From contig JBHHVD010000019.1 in the NCBI GenBank assembly GCA_046754105.1, positions 1 through 41,249 on the forward strand: 41,249 nucleotides of DNA, in the 5' to 3' direction. Below the pieces are notes generated by a model. The model was not told the origin of the DNA and made no database searches. It was given only the letters and a program-made list of their open reading frames with translations. Each line of letters opens with the position of its first letter. Position 1 is the first letter of the stretch. The DNA is from Candidatus Krumholzibacteriia bacterium (GTDB lineage: Bacteria > Krumholzibacteriota > Krumholzibacteriia > WVZY01). Both the position numbers and the translations under genes were made by a program. Shown here piece after piece: positions 40,455 through 41,249 of this stretch.

Positions 40455-41249
40455 ATGAAAAAGCGTCACAGGATCTTCGGGTGGCTGGACGAGCGTTTCC
40501 ATATCACGCCTCTCATAGACTTCATGCGGCACAAGAAGGTTCCGGTGCACCGCCATACGGTGTGGTACTACATGGGCGGTGTCGCGCTGTTCCTGTTCGT
40601 CGTGCAGGTAACCACCGGGATTCTGCTTGTGCTCTACTACCAGGCCGACGAGCAAAGCGCTTTCGAAAGCGTACGCTTCCTGATGACAAAAGTGCCGTTC
40701 GGATGGTTGATCCGTTCGGTACACAGCTGGGCGGCCAACCTGATGGTTCTTTTCGTATTCATCCACATGTTCAGTACGTTTTTCACGCGCGCGTTCCGTA
40801 AACCACGAGAACTGACCTGGGTCAGCGGTTTTACTCTGCTCGTGCTGGCGCTCGGGTTCGGTTTCACCGGATACCTGCTGCCCTGGAACGAGTTGTCCTT
40901 TTTCACAACAAAGGTTGGGACCGACATCACGGGCGCGGTGCCGATCATCGGTAACGCACTCAAAGTCCTGTTGAGAGGCGGAGAAGACGTCACTGGAGCC
41001 ACGCTGTCTCGTTTCTACGCCATCCACATTGCGATTCTCCCTGCGATCTTCGCCAGTATTCTGGGCTTGCACTTGCTGTTCGTGCAGCGTCAGGGCATGC
41101 ACGAGCCGGAGTACGTCGCGAAACTGCCCAGTGACAAGAAGAAGATGATCTCGTTTTTTCCGAATTTCCTGATGAGGGATACGCTGCTGTGGCTCATGGC
41201 TCTGAACCTCCTGATTTTTCTGGCCGTGTTTTTTCCGTGGGAGCTCGGT
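40455..41249 (+). CDS. Cytochrome b of a Rieske/cytochrome b complex (runs off the 3' end; absent from the ORF track)
   Basis: Translated from ATG 40455: GWLDERF...WYYMGG...[22 protein letters not shown]...[11 protein letters not shown]...FTGYLLPWN...[11 protein letters not shown]...GLH. Continues without a stop into subunit-IV-like FFPNFLMRD. Confidence 0.95.
   Translation, partial: MKKRHRIFGWLDERFHITPLIDFMRHKKVPVHRHTVWYYMGGVALFLFVVQVTTGILLVLYYQADEQSAFESVRFLMTKVPFGWLIRSVHSWAANLMVLFVFIHMFSTFFTRAFRKPRELTWVSGFTLLVLALGFGFTGYLLPWNELSFFTTKVGTDITGAVPIIGNALKVLLRGGEDVTGATLSRFYAIHIAILPAIFASILGLHLLFVQRQGMHEPEYVAKLPSDKKKMISFFPNFLMRDTLLWLMALNLLIFLAVFFPWELG

Overview
A GC-rich bacterial chromosomal segment of about 30 genes. 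No rRNA, tRNA, CRISPR array or intact mobile element was seen. Several features point to a diderm FCB-group organism, possibly a candidate phylum such as Krumholzibacteria, Latescibacteria or Eisenbacteria: LPS genes, a PorV-like barrel, FlgD-Ig/T9SS-like C-terminal domains and an OmpA with TSP3 repeats. This taxonomic call is inference only. Left to right the window holds: (1) a 5'-truncated giant Ig-repeat surface protein, a PorV-like barrel fused to TPRs, a membrane protein fusing an RsbW-type kinase, sensor, HAMP, PP2C phosphatase and a transposase-like double HTH, and two STAS proteins; (2) vWA, lamin-tail and putative outer-membrane genes; (3) an operon of aminotransferase, arcC, larA-like, purD, purE and tsaC; (4) a minus-strand GT9, waaA and radical SAM operon; (5) twin XRE-cupin regulators, DUF1844, OmpA, mazG, uvrA and galE; (6) a signalling cluster preceded by sigma54-type motifs (GAF pseudokinase, PAS kinase with degenerate GGDEF, receiver); (7) the start of a Rieske/cytochrome b operon. 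Block 1 is the best candidate for an undescribed system: a putative trans-envelope partner-switching module. All calls come from reading motifs by eye; no database searches were run.
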